A stretch of 63,896 nucleotides of DNA, the filler included, from Octopus bimaculoides (lineage: Eukaryota), in NCBI RefSeq assembly GCF_001194135.2. It is 5 parts of 5 records of this genome, joined end to end, with 100 filler letters (N's around TTAATTAATTAA, not from the genome) between each part and the next. Parts side by side here need not be neighbours in the genome. Positions count along the whole stretch, not along the records: positions 12,324 to 30,892 come from NC_068981.1; 4 more parts are not named here. The stretch is one strand, 5' to 3'. Shown here in pieces: positions 12,657 to 24,798 of the stretch; the first letter of the stretch is position 1; every line of letters begins with the position of its first letter. Below the pieces are notes generated by a model. The model ran no database searches and had not been told where the DNA came from. It worked only from the letters and a program-made list of their open reading frames with translations. The translations under genes were made by a program, and so were the position numbers.

Positions 12657-13524
12657 CTTATGTACATAGAGATATGTACATATTCGAAGGAAACTGATAA
12701 TGTGCGTGCGCGCGTATCTATGTAAAAGTTCGGAAATGTATGCCAACATACATGTATGTATGTTTGTATGTTTATCACATAGATGCATCTTTTCCGTACA
12801 AATTTTGTTTCACTCATCTTATAAAATAAACAACAACACTGTCAAGACAAAACGCCCTCCTTCTTCTACAGAAACATCGCTTTGCTTGTAAAACTGATTT
12901 AGTTTCTATGGATGAGGTCCCTTTAAATAGTTGCTACAATGCCACACTTTAAAACGCAGCTTAGCGATTTAAAATTGACAATCGGATTTTAATAAATACC
13001 ATAAAGCAAGTTATTATAGAGAAACAATATATTTATTACTTTATAAAATTTTCTTCCCTTTTCACTCATATTTACTGAAGATTTTTCGTTAAATGTTTTA
13101 TTTTTATTTTCTAAGTAGGTTCAAAAATCATACTTTCATTTTTAAGACATTTGGGAATTGGGCATTGACATTAAAATATATTTTGTTTTTGCGTTTGTTG
13201 GAAACTGAATTAAATGAAAGCCATATACTGAATAATCTATCAAACAAGAGGGAGAGTTTCTTTTCCCCGAGAGAATTTGTGTCATTAGAAACTTGACGTA
13301 GGTTAAATAAATAAGACAATAATGTGAACGCAAAAGCATTGTTACCTCACTTATGTGTATGTAACTACAAAGACATACACACACACACATGCATGCACAC
13401 ATATAAACACATACATATATATATATATATATACATAATAGAATTACACACAAACATGTATATATATATCTACACATAATTGAATTACATATATATATAT
13501 GCATAATAGAATTACATATGGATG

Positions 13525-13565
<41 letters not shown>

Positions 13566-13657
13566 GGGGGAGAATATACAAATAATAACAACAGACGAGG
13601 ACAGGTGGTGTAAATAACAAAAGGATATATTAGTATGACGCTCGGGAATACGGAAAG

Positions 13658-13694
13658 TCTTTGACGTTTCGATCTACGCTCTTCAACAGAAAGA
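13658..13694 (-). ncRNA. Near-intact minimal type-I hammerhead ribozyme in a Penelope-type terminal fragment (about 13560-13730)
   Basis: Minus strand reads TCTTT-CTGTTGA-AGAGC(GTA)GATC-GAAA-CG-TC-AAAGA: perfect 5-bp stem I and GUC triplet, with one core change (A6>U) and one stem II mismatch. Confidence 0.65.
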
Positions 13695-13737
13695 ATACGG
13701 AGACATATATATATATACACACACACACAGATATCGT

Positions 13738-14102
13738 GGCACTTCATCGGTTGCGACGATGAAGGTCCCAGATGATCCGATCGACGGAACAACCTGCTCG
13801 TGAAATTAATGCACAAGTGGCTGAGCACTCCACAGACACATGTACCCTTAACTTAGTTCTCGGGGAGATTCAGTGTGACACAGAGTGTGACAAGGCTGGC
13901 CCTTTGAATTACAGGTACAATAGAAACAGGAAGAAAGAGTAAGAGAAAGAGTACAGCAGGGTTTGCCACTTCCCCTGCCGGAGCCTCATCGATCTTTAGG
14001 TGTTTTTGCTCAATAAACACTCACAATGCTCGGTCTGGGAATCGAAACCGCAATCCTACGACCGCGAGTCCACTGCCCTAATCACTGGGCCATTTCGCCT
14101 CC
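13738..14102 (-). mobile_element. tRNA-derived SINE family C, full length
   Basis: Head with A-box TGGCCCAGTGA and B-box GTTTCGATTCC; colinear with 30524-30892. Confidence 0.92.
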
Positions 14103-14225
14103 ACTATAAACGCATAATAGAACTACATATATATATATATAATAGAATTATATATATATATATATATATACACACTTTATAGAATTACTTACATATAGAT
14201 AGACATACATACATACAAAAATATA

Positions 14226-14322
<97 letters not shown>

Positions 14323-14599
14323 GCGTGTGTGTGTGTGTGTGTATACATACATATACACACAAGCATACATACACACACAAACACACGTATAAACATAGAA
14401 TCAAAACAAACCATGAACAGACATGAAGTGACATGAAAACATTGGTAACCTTGCTAATCCACAAATAAAGAATATTTTTTCACCATTACGGTTGTGTTGG
14501 CCACTCATTCTTGCTGTTCGACATTAGCGTGCGTATGTATGTATGTATGTATGTATGTGTGTATGTATGTATGTATGTATGTATGTATGTATGTATGTA

Positions 14600-16207
14600 C
14601 AGTAGCGAGAAAAAAAGAGAACGATTTATAATTTCTTAAATTTCGGAAAAGCTAGTAAACGCACAAATTCGGAATCGGTTTCCTAAATACGGTTAACCGT
14701 TAGCTAAATTCTGTGACCAGTTTGTACAATGGTCTTAATAAAAGTTAATAACACCTAATACTAGTTTCGTCCAAATGTTTCATGTGCAAAATAAGAGGAC
14801 GATCAAGCAATAATTTCTTCAATCAACTCAAAATCATAATAATAATAGAGAGAAATGTAAATATGAACTTAATACACTTAGTATGATGTTTGTAGACCTT
14901 TGCCGGAGATCACCTCGGCACATCGATTGACACAGGACATAGCAAGTTTCCTGCACAAGTCACGTGTTACTTTCTTCCATTCCTCTTTTTAATATCACCT
15001 ATAAATACCTCGTAGTAGTTGGTGCCCTTTGTGTTACTTTGTCTCCAAGTATCTTCCAAAGGTTTTCAATTGGATTTAAGTCTGGACTTTGAGCTAGCCA
15101 CTTCATTACTTGGTTATTTTGTTCACTAAAGAATCCAGTGACACACGCCTTACAGTATGATAACGGGCGTTATCTTGCATGAAAATGCACGGTTGATTCG
15201 GAAATGCTCGTAATGATGGGATCACATGTTGTTTAACCAAATTCAAATAGATATTAGCATTAATAGTTCATTTAATCTGCACTAGAGGGCCAACTCTTTC
15301 AGAAGAAACCATCTCCCACACCATGACGTTTCGTCCTCCAAACTTGGCAGATTTCTTCAGGCACTTGGATTTTAGTCGATCTCCTGTGAAGCGCCTAACA
15401 TACTGTCTACCATCTGAACCTACTCAATTGAATTTGCTTTCATCGCTAAATTGAACTTTTGACCTATTTCCATCCGTCCAGTTCACATTAGCTTCTGCAA
15501 ACGAAAGCCTTTCCAATTTGTTCTTTTTTGCTGATGGTAGGTTTCGTTACCGGGGAACACGTCTTTAATCCAAATTCCTTCAGATGACTAGACACTGTAA
15601 AGCAGCTCACTTCCATACCATTATTTACTCTTATTTTCTTAGAAATTTCCAGCCGCAGTCTCGAAAGGATCCTTCAGTACGTACCGTTTCATGGCTCGAT
15701 CATCTTGCATGATGGTTTTGTGTGGTCTACCAGTTGCCTTTTTTGGTTCAAATCCTTTAGTTTCTTCATAGAGCTTTAGAACACGTGACACTACACTCAT
15801 AGATCTCCTTACGCGTCGTGAAATACCGAGAGATTCATTCCTGAAACTTACATCCTGACAATTTCATTTCGGAGATCGGGAGTAAATTTAGCGTGGTGTG
15901 CCATGTTCGGAAGCTAGCACAATACTGAGACTGTACTAACGTTGAGCCTGAAAATGTAAACGATGTTTGAAATTTCCAGAAATTTCTGAAGGAAACTAAT
16001 CGTTCTCTTATTTTGCACGAGACATTTGGAGGGAACTAGTGTTAGTGTTAATAAATTTTATTAAGGCCTTTGTACAAAGTTAGAATTTTCAGAGAATTTA
16101 GCTAATGGTTAACCATGTTTACGAAATCAATTAAGGATTTGTACGTTCACTAGCACTTCCGACATTTAAAAAAATATATTAATCGTTCTCTTTTTTGCTC
16201 GCGACTG
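14600..16207 (-). mobile_element. Full-length decayed Tc1-family transposon (1608 bp) with ~220-bp IR/DR-type TIRs and TA TSD
   Basis: TA|CAGTAGCGAG..AAGAGAACGATT at the left end and its near-inverse at the right end ending CTG|TA; inner and outer AAGAGAACGATT direct repeats in both TIRs. Confidence 0.95.
14878..15904 (-). pseudogene. Tc1 DD34E transposase pseudogene
   Basis: ATG at 15904; TGRPHKT, FSDESKFN (D at 15442-15444), FGGRNVMVW, FMQDNARYH (D at 15172-15174), WLAQSPDLNPIENLW (E at 15065-15067). D-E spacing is 104 nt = 34 codons plus a 2-nt frameshift; several stops. Confidence 0.93.
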
Positions 16208-16237
16208 TATATATATATATATACACACACACACACA

Positions 16238-16368
16238 TACTTAATTTATCGACCCCGAAATGATGAAAGGTAAAGTCGACCTCGGCGGAATCTGAACTCA
16301 GAACATAACGGCAGACGAAATACCGCTCAGCATTTCGCCCGGCGTGCAAACGATTTTGCCAGCTTGCC
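16238..16368 (-). mobile_element. tRNA-derived SINE family B, 5' part
   Basis: Reverse complement of GGCAAGCTGGCA..CGCCGGGCGAAATGC..GTTCAGATTCCGCCGAGGTCGACTTT..GGGGTCGATAAATTAAGTA. Confidence 0.9.
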
Positions 16369-16548
16369 ATCTTACAATATAAGGAATGTTAATTATTTAG
16401 ATATCAATCTAGTAATTAAGGATTATAATGAGATATGTACTGACATTTATAATAAAACAAGATTTTGGCTTCCAAGTGGCTTCGATGCCATGGTTCAGTA
16501 GTAAAATTCCTTCTTTTATTGGTTACGGTGTTTTGCAGGACAAATTGT

Positions 16549-17128
16549 GGATCTTTTTTAAAACGGGGGCCACATTTTTCATTAACGAAACACTTTGAAA
16601 CTTGGAACACTGGTAGAACGTGTCATATAAAACATCTTTTTCTCTTAGTCTTCTTTAAAAAAAAAGAAATCCATAAGTTATTCCATGTAATTCTGTAATT
16701 TCAACCAATCACTGACGTCCATTCAGCCGATATACATTAAGTGCCGACTACATAAACAAACGATTCTGAAACAATTAACCCTAGCCCTAACCCTAACCCT
16801 AACCCTAGGGTTAGGGTTAGGGTTAGGGTTAGGGTTAAAGCAAATTTAAAATGAAAAAAGCAAATAAAACGAAGGTATGGAGATTAAATACGCTTTACAT
16901 CGCTTAATCAGCCAAAGGAGTAAATGTAAACAACTGAATACTTGTCAGTGATTGGTTGAAATTATCGAAATAAGACAATTTTTTACATGAAATAAATTCG
17001 AATACAAAAATATTTTTCTGTTCTATAACACAAAATAGATAAGTATACGAAGTTTGAAAGTCTTTCCGTACCAAAAACACTACGTAAAACATTAATGAAA
17101 AATGTGGTCCCCGTTTTAAAATAGATCC
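16549..17128. mobile_element. Non-autonomous inverted-repeat element with a central telomeric-repeat palindrome
   Basis: Termini GGATCTTTTTTAAAACGGGGCCCACATTTTTCATTAA / TTAATGAAAAATGTGGTCCCCGTTTTAAAATAGATCC; inner inverted pair TTTCAACCAATCACTGAC / GTCAGTGATTGGTTGAAA. Confidence 0.8.
16775..16838. repeat. (CCCTAA)5/(TTAGGG)5 inverted telomeric array; 64-bp palindrome with no spacer
   Basis: 32-bp arms centred on CCCT|AGGG (16806/16807), one mismatch. Confidence 0.97.
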
Positions 17129-17199
17129 AATAATGCTAATCAATTTTTGGAAAGAATAAACTGTTAGATATTTAGTTACACAAGGGTATAAATATGGTT

Positions 17200-18340
17200 A
17201 ATTGGTTAAAACTCTTAATCGCTGTTTAGGTGGGCAACTTGAAATTTTAAATAAATATTGGATAATATCTAGTTTTCAACTTGGCAAATTTTTGGAAGGA
17301 TTTGGAAGGTTTACGATTCGAGTTATTTGCTTACTACGTTACCAGTATTGTTTGAGACAATTGAGTAACTAGTAATTACGTACTACGTGATCAATATTTA
17401 AGTTGGCCCTTTTAATTCTTGGCGATGGAACCGCGTGTCAGATAAAACATATAAGTGTTAATACTTGTAGTTTTATTATCTTTTAAACAGTTTTAATTAG
17501 CTTTAAACATTGCAAGGTTTTTTAATAATAGTTAATTACAAGTACTTTTATTAGTTCCTATTTGATAAAATTAATGTTTATTAGTTACTGGTAATTTAAT
17601 ATTATAGCTTGTAGTGGTGATATATTAATGAGTATGTAATGAGTATGTAATGAGTATGTAATGAGTATGTAATGTTTTTTATTAACTTTTGAATGATGAA
17701 TTAATGTATTTCACTCATAATCATTATATTATTAGTTAAATTAATTTCAATCGTATTTGTTTTGTTTTGGAGAGATTTATATAAAGCTTTAACTTTTATT
17801 ATTAAAGACTAGTTGGATTATCATATGTATGAACTTAAAGATTGGTCGCGATTTAGCATATAATTTAGTTATTGCAGTTTACTATTAATACCGATACAAT
17901 GTACATTGGTTTATATGTTTCTTTATTGTAGTTTTATTGAAGTTAGTGTTTAATACTGCTTATAAATTGATTGATTGAATGAATGTAGAGATTAAGCTGT
18001 CACTTTTATGTACCATGTAAAACGGTAGGGATTATAATTTTTGTATGACTTAATGGATTGGTCGCTGTTTAGTTACGTATTTAGAAGTTGGTTGTAATTT
18101 TCTTATTGAATTTATTTACAGATACGGTTGTTCATAGGGTAAATGTGTTTGAAACTTGCGGTTTCTTTGGTTTGTTTGTTCCCAAACAACACTTATTTTA
18201 GTGCTGTTGACACCACCGGATTGTATGGTACTGCTCAGGTCTCATAACCATAATGATATCCGTGGAGTAGCTGATGATGGTGGTATGTTGGATTGTTAGT
18301 ATGGATGTTTTTGTATAAGTGGAATAGTACTACAACACAT
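17200..18340 (-). pseudogene. Very old LINE RT relic (tentative)
   Basis: Strong strand bias (A-rich on minus); fragments KGCVVVLFHLYK and LKLYINLSKTKQI weakly recall RT motifs. Confidence 0.3.
17626..17674 (+). repeat. 11-bp tandem repeat (TAATGAGTATG) x4.5
   Basis: Direct read. Confidence 0.95.
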
Positions 18341-19377
18341 CCTTTTGATATATATATATATACACAACATATATATAAACACACATGTTCGTGTGAGCGT
18401 GCACGAAGGCCAAACTCATGGTTCTTCTCGTTGAAACTGTTCCTTTCTCTCCCCACTTCCCCACAACCAGAGAAATTCTTTCTTCCCTTTTTCAGTTTCT
18501 TTTAGTTTTTCTCCCTCTTTTCCGCACTCTCTGAAGAAAGGCAACGTTCAAAACGTTTAAGCAGTAACCTGCCCCCTTCCCTTCAGCGTCAAACTTATAC
18601 TAATAACATTGATTAACNNNNNNNNNNNNNNNNNNNNNNNNNNNNNNNNNNNNNNNNNNNNNNNNNNNNNNNNNNNNNNNNNNNNNNNNNNNNNNNNNNN
18701 NNNNNNNNNNNNNNNNNNNNNNNNNNNNNNNNNNNNNNNNNNNNNNNNNNNNNNNNNNNNNNNNNNNNNNNNNNNNNNNNNNNNNNNNNNNNNNNNNNNN
18801 NNNNNNNNNNNNNNNNNNNNNNNNNNNNNNNNNNNNNNNNNNNNNNNNNNNNNNNNNNNNNNNNNNNNNNNNNNNNNNNNNNNNNNNNNNNNNNNNNNNN
18901 NNNNNNNNNNNNNNNNNNNNNNNNNNNNNNNNNNNNNNNNNNNNNNNNNNNNNNNNNNNNNNNNNNNNNNNNNNNNNNNNNNNNNNNNNNNNNNNNNNNN
19001 NNNNNNNNNNNNNNNNNNNNNNNNNNNNNNNNNNNNNNNNNNNNNNNNNNNNNNNNNNNNNNNNNNNNNNNNNNNNNNNNNNNNNNNNNNNNNNNNNNNN
19101 NNNNNNNNNNNNNNNNNNNNNNNNNNNNNNNNNNNNNNNNNNNNNNNNNNNNNNNNNNNNNNNNNNNNNNNNNNNNNNNNNNNNNNNNNNNNNNNNNNNN
19201 NNNNNNNNNNNNNNNNNNNNNNNNNNNNNNNNNNNNNNNNNNNNNNNNNNNNNNNNNNNNNNNNNNNNNNNNNNNNNNNNNNNNNNNNNNNNNNNNNNNN
19301 NNNNNNNNNNNNNNNNNNNNNNNNNNNNNNNNNNNNNNNNNNNNNNNNNNNNNNNNNNNNNNNNNNNNNNNNNNNNN

Positions 19378-19411
<34 letters not shown>

Positions 19412-19509
19412 GATATAATAATATTCGAGTCTGTGCTACATCATAAAACCCATCGATTTTTTTCTGGATCCTTATCAAAAATAATTCAATAAGTATTTGT
19501 ATGTGTCTG

Positions 19510-19546
<37 letters not shown>

Positions 19547-20509
19547 GTATGTTTGTGTGCCTGTGCGTGTGTTTGTGTTTCTGTTTTCTATGTGTGTGTG
19601 TGTATATGTATGTATATGTACGTATGTATGTNNNNNNNNNNTGTGTGTGTGTGTATATGTATGTATATGTACGTATGTATGTATCTATGTATGTATGTAT
19701 CTATCTATGTATGCATGCTTGTATGTATCTATGTATGTATATATGTATGTTTGTATGTATGTATGTGGAAAAATCTGGAACTCCCAGAATAGAGTGGGTG
19801 TAAAGAAGAATCCAATGGTAAATAAGAATCTATATGAGGGTTTGTTAGAATAGTTCGTGAAGCTGATTTGCAGTGGAGAATGGAAAGACATACTTTCTTC
19901 CGAAAGAGAAAGAGGAACAAAGAGGAGGTGGAAGAGGAAAATACATGTGTTAACACCTTGATCGCAAGACGAATGAAAAGAATATACTAAAGGAGTTATC
20001 TGGAGGAACAGAGGAGAGAGGTGGTGTGAATACTGTACTGTTTGAACGATGGGGAGGGGAGAAAATAAAACGGGGGTTTTAGAGTGGATGTGAAACGCAG
20101 AATAAAATGAATTTGGAGCGTGTATTGAGACCATGCAGTACAGAAGTTCATGGGGTGAAAATAAGGCGTCTATCTCATATTTATTGATTGTGGTGCATTT
20201 TATTGTGAGTAAAATTACCTGAATCAAACCCCATACTTAGCTCTGTCATGAAGCCAAGGGCTTATAAGACCGGAGCTTAACTTAGTTTACAACAGTCTCA
20301 ACAGAACGGGAAGCCAGTCCTTCGCAGCTGTAAATCATTTACACTTGAATGAAGTAATGAGGAATGAAGCGTTTTGCTCAAAAAAAAAAAAAAAGAAGTG
20401 GGTACACTCGGGTAGGAAACCACGATCTTGCGACAGAGTATGCACTTCCAACAAGCACTAGGCCACGCACTTCCCCTTAGACAGTAGGCTTGTAATATAT
20501 TCTATTTAA

Positions 20510-20634
20510 CCGAGGTCAACTTTGCCTTTCATCCTTTCAGGGTCGATAGATTAAGTAACAGTTACGTACTGGAGTCGATCTCATCGTCCGACCCCTCCTC
20601 AAAAATTTCGGGCCTTCTGCCTAGAGTAGAAAAG
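20510..20634 (+). mobile_element. 5'-truncated SINE family B with a perfect 16-bp TSD
   Basis: AATATATTCTATTTAA at 20494-20509 and 20635-20650; body ends GCCTAGAGTAGAAAAG. Confidence 0.93.
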
Positions 20635-20850
20635 AATATATTCTATTTAATGAGCCAACGGATGTATCTCTGTTGTCGCTCCATTTGCTGAAAATAGCAT
20701 CCAAATATTTAGCAAATATTAACCTACTTTAAAAGAAAGGTCGCTATAGACAATTTAGTTCTTTCTAGCAATTTATCCAGATAAAAGAAGGGTTGGTCTC
20801 GGCTGAATGTTGTTTTCTTGTTGCAGTACCTGTTCAATCAGGGGTGAGCT

Positions 20851-21093
20851 GGGACTAAAATATTCCTTCTACTACAGGCAAAAGACCTTATTTGAATTTA
20901 GTGAGAAGGGACTAATCTATTACATGCACTCAGTACTTGAGTGGTACTTATTTCTTCGACCTCGAAAGAGTACTTTTTTATCGACCCCGAAAGGATAAAA
21001 GGCAAATTAGATCTCGGCGGAATATGAACTCAGAACGTATAGATAGAAATACCGCAAAGTATTTTCCCCGGTGTGTTAACGATTCAGCCAGCT
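20851..21093 (-). mobile_element. SINE family B, diverged
   Basis: ATCGACCCCGAAAGGATAAAAGGCAAA..CTCGGCGGAAT..GAACTCAGAACG..GCCAGCTC. Confidence 0.85.
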
Positions 21094-21252
21094 CCACAAA
21101 ATCTGTACTATGAGGATGAGGAATATACTGGCCTCTTTTGTATAAAAGAAGCCGTATTTCTATGAATTCAGCTCCATCAGCTTATTTACAGCCATGTACA
21201 AGTTATGCGCACAAAAAAGCAAAAGGGTTGAAAATAATTAATCTAATTTTTC

Positions 21253-21657
21253 CGTGGCTGTGTGGTAAGTAGCCTGCTTACAAATCACATAGTCCCGGGT
21301 TCAGTCCCACTGCGTGGCACCTTGGGCAAGTGTCTTCTACTATAGCCTCGGGCCGACCAAAGCCTTGTGAGTGGGTTTGGTAGACGGAAACTGAAAGACG
21401 CCCGTCGTATATATGTATATGTATGTGTGTGTGCGCATGTGTGTATATGTTTGTGTGTCTGTGTTTGTCCTCCCAACATTTCTTGACAACCGATGCTGGT
21501 GTGTTTACGTCCCCGTAATGTAGCGGTTCAGCAAAATAGACCGATAGAATAAGTACTAGGCTTACAAAGAATAAGTCCTGGGGTCGATTTGCTCGACTAA
21601 AAGGCGGTGCTCCAGCATGGCCACAGTCAAATGACTGAAACAAGTAAAAGAGTAAAA
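21253..21657 (+). mobile_element. SINE family A, near-full-length young copy
   Basis: A-box TGGCTGTGTGG, B-box GGTTCAGTCCC, CORE-like ACCTTGGGCAAGT, internal (TA/TG)n, tail GTAAAAGAGTAAAA. Confidence 0.95.
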
Positions 21658-24241
21658 AACTTTTTTATTAAATAACAAAGCATTTAAGATTTCTTTCTTT
21701 TCTTATTTTTCTCTCTCTCCCTCTCTGTCTTTCGTTTGTTAATCTGCGTGTGGAGTCAGTCACCCTCGTACATTACAGGGAGACAACTCTCTTCCTTATG
21801 AACCTAACTTATCTGTCCGTTCGGATTAAAATTACTTAGTCCTTACAAGTTAATTAATATTGTTATTCTAGTCACAGTAAGTGGATAGCATTTTATCTGA
21901 TTGATTTCAGTCATTTAGATTGATAGCATTTATTTTCTACCATTTTGCTAATTCTTTCTCTTCTACAGCGAAATGTTTACGATAGAAATATTTTAGTTGA
22001 TATTGTTCATAAGCCGCAGATTTAGCCCTATGTACCTAGATTAAATTTATTATCAAAAACATTACAGCACTGACCATCGCAACTTTGCTCCGGGCACTGT
22101 ACACCGAACATCTCATAATGCAAGGTATCCTTATCCAGCTGGTTAGGCGCAATCAGTGAGAGATTTGGGTACTATTTCTAGTAAGTTGCGGAACAGCATC
22201 TACAGCCTCCCTCGTCTACTCCTAATTTTTCAGCCTAATTTCTAAGGTAATCCAACCTACATTTGAAATCGTTTCTTATTTTCATGTCCAGAGAAGAAAA
22301 CAATGATATCGATATTTTCTTTTTCCTGATTTCCACTTCATTTATTTAAAGGCATTAAGCCTCACCTCTCTCGTGCGTTCTCGTCCTCACACTTTACAAG
22401 GAGCTTTTCTCGTCTGTATCTCCATGGATCAGAGGAAAGGCAAAGCCAGTTTGATTGAGAAAAACAACTAAACGACCAAGAAAATTAACAATGCTCTTTG
22501 TTGTCTTCGTTAAGTTCACGTTTCCTTGAAAAAGGCAATTACTTCTATTTTTACTATCAGTGAGTCCATCCACGCTCCACTCACTAGGATAAGACCCTAG
22601 AGTGGTGGTCTGATAATAAAACAGAAAATACCGGTATCTTTAATTAACGGTAGCAAATCATTTTTTCATGAGGCCTGACATATTACCAATATTCATTAAT
22701 ATCAATCACAATTGTTTGCCAATAAAATGGCGACAAAATTTAGCATCTGTCAACATCAAATGTCTGAATGTTTGAGATGAGTTCTTGTGAATAAGGTTAC
22801 ATAATTTCCACAAAATGTTAACTGATACAAGTCTGCAGAATTTTTACTGCGATTCCACCTATCTACGCTCTGTGTTGAAATCCAGCCAAAGTCGACTTTT
22901 TCGGAATCGATAAAACACAAAAAAGTACCAATCTAGGGGTATACTGAAAGAAGAATGCTGAGCTGGACGCCTTACCATATTTCTTCCGGTTCCTTCAATT
23001 CAAATCCAGTTCAAAGGGTTCTTGACTCAATCCGCTGTCCGTGTAACCCTACCACTTAGTACCTTGGGTTTCTTTAGTGAGATCCATTCTGTTGCGAGCA
23101 CTCGGGTGGTGGTATCACAGCTGCTCTACTTCTAGACTAAAAATATTTCTTATAAAATTAACTTTTTTAATATTTACATCTACATATGCGTTTCGATCTA
23201 TCTGATCGCTGATCGTCATCATGTACCTTATTCCTTCATGTGTACCAGACTAGAATCGAACTTGGACCCGATATTTCTAAGCTAAAACGAATAATGCTCT
23301 TTTCCCATTTCGAGGTTCCGAATTTCAGTCCCTTTGGGAAATGTATTGACAACCAAAAATGAGGGCCTGGTTGACGATTGAAAATCAACTCAAACGAAAT
23401 ATAGTGGAGTAGTTTGCTTTTCATTCCGTATAATGAATAAATAATGAAATTATTAGCATCCAAATTTTTTACTCATCATCATCATCACCACCGTTGTAGT
23501 CGTTATGGTCGTTGTCATAGTGACCGTCGTCGTAGTCATACACGTTTTCACCATTGTCATCATCATCACTATCTATCGGCGACAACTTGCAATTGCATCG
23601 TGCACAGTGACGGGCGCGCGACTTATCTTGTCACCCCGATCCATCACCCGTGTCCTAAGTTCGTCAGTAGTCGTAGCAGTACTGATTTCCATCAGAGATT
23701 GAATATGGCATCGGAAGCACGCCCGTGATTTGTCCTCCCATGAGTCAAGCATTCTTAAAATTAACACAAAAACATTTACAATGCATATCGAATACCTTGA
23801 CAAATGGAAAGTGTAGATAGTGAATAGAAATACGAGCGCGTTAACACAAGGTAGTAACAATGGCAGATGATCGTAGTGTTGTGTAGACTGCATGCGCTTG
23901 GAAAAAGTAATTGAAAGAACAAGCGTAAAAAGGGAAAATACATAAGTTTCATTCAAGGAGTGAACGTTTTTTTCCTAGAGTGTGGTTACGTCCATCAAAA
24001 TCTTCGTTATTTAGGAGAATAACATCGCTGTTCCTTTCATCCACACGCTGGATGAAGAATGATACATCTCATACTTTTTCGATTCTCGTTTTCTTTCACG
24101 CAATTCTCACTAAAACTAGATATTTTATATCAAATATGCATTATTTTCAAAAGAAAAACATTGAAAATATACTCCGGTAAAACTACGACAACTACCAAAA
24201 ACACAGAGAAAAGAAACACATGTTAAAGAAACACGAAACTA

Positions 24242-24292
<51 letters not shown>

Positions 24293-24582
24293 CCTCTCTC
24301 TCTCTCTCTACCTCTCACTCACTCACTTACTCACTCACTCACTTTATCCGTGTACAACTTATAAATGTAACTGTTACACGCTTTACAAATGCTAGGCTCA
24401 ACTATATGATTACAAAGTTATGAAGATTCCTTCTCGACCATGTAAGTTCCAGGTGAGATCCAACTGCGAGGCATCTTGATCAAGTATCTTCTAGCATAGA
24501 ATAGCTTCAGGTATTCACCTGAATTTCCTCTAAAGTTTTTATTCGCAAATACACAGCATTTCATAAACAAGGAAAATACATA

Positions 24583-24798
24583 CAGGGTGGCCCGAAAGTA
24601 AGTTTACAGTTATCACGTAGGCACTTTAAATTTCTTTTAAAATAATTTATTACATTTAAATTTCTATATTACAAACTGAAAAGGGAGCTTGACAAAATTA
24701 ATTAAATTAGCATATTCATGTTTTTTAATACTTAAGATCTAAACTGTTAATATATGAATGCGAAAGACTAACTGTAAACCTACTTTTAGGCCACCCTG
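24583..24798. mobile_element. Tc1/mariner-type MITE (216 bp)
   Basis: TA|CAGGGTGGCCCGAAAGTAAGTTTACAGTTA ... TAACTGTAAACCTACTTTTAGGCCACCCTG|TA. Confidence 0.92.

Noticed and set aside
16775-16838. Ancestral telomere-telomere fusion site
   Set aside because: The order is (CCCTAA)n then (TTAGGG)n, the reverse of a fusion scar, and it sits inside a TIR-bounded element.
19685-20227. 180-aa minus-strand ORF
   Set aside because: It runs into a microsatellite, has low-complexity F/S/L composition, and is likely antisense to a purine-rich decayed repeat.
21253-21330. tRNA genes at SINE heads (also 30524, 46852 and others)
   Set aside because: A and B boxes are present, but there is no complete cloverleaf and the heads continue into shared SINE bodies.
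23573-23956. Resemblance of LLLPCVNALVFL to nicotinic/chemotactile receptor TM1
   Set aside because: No Cys-loop or M2 motifs nearby; similarity limited to a few hydrophobic residues.
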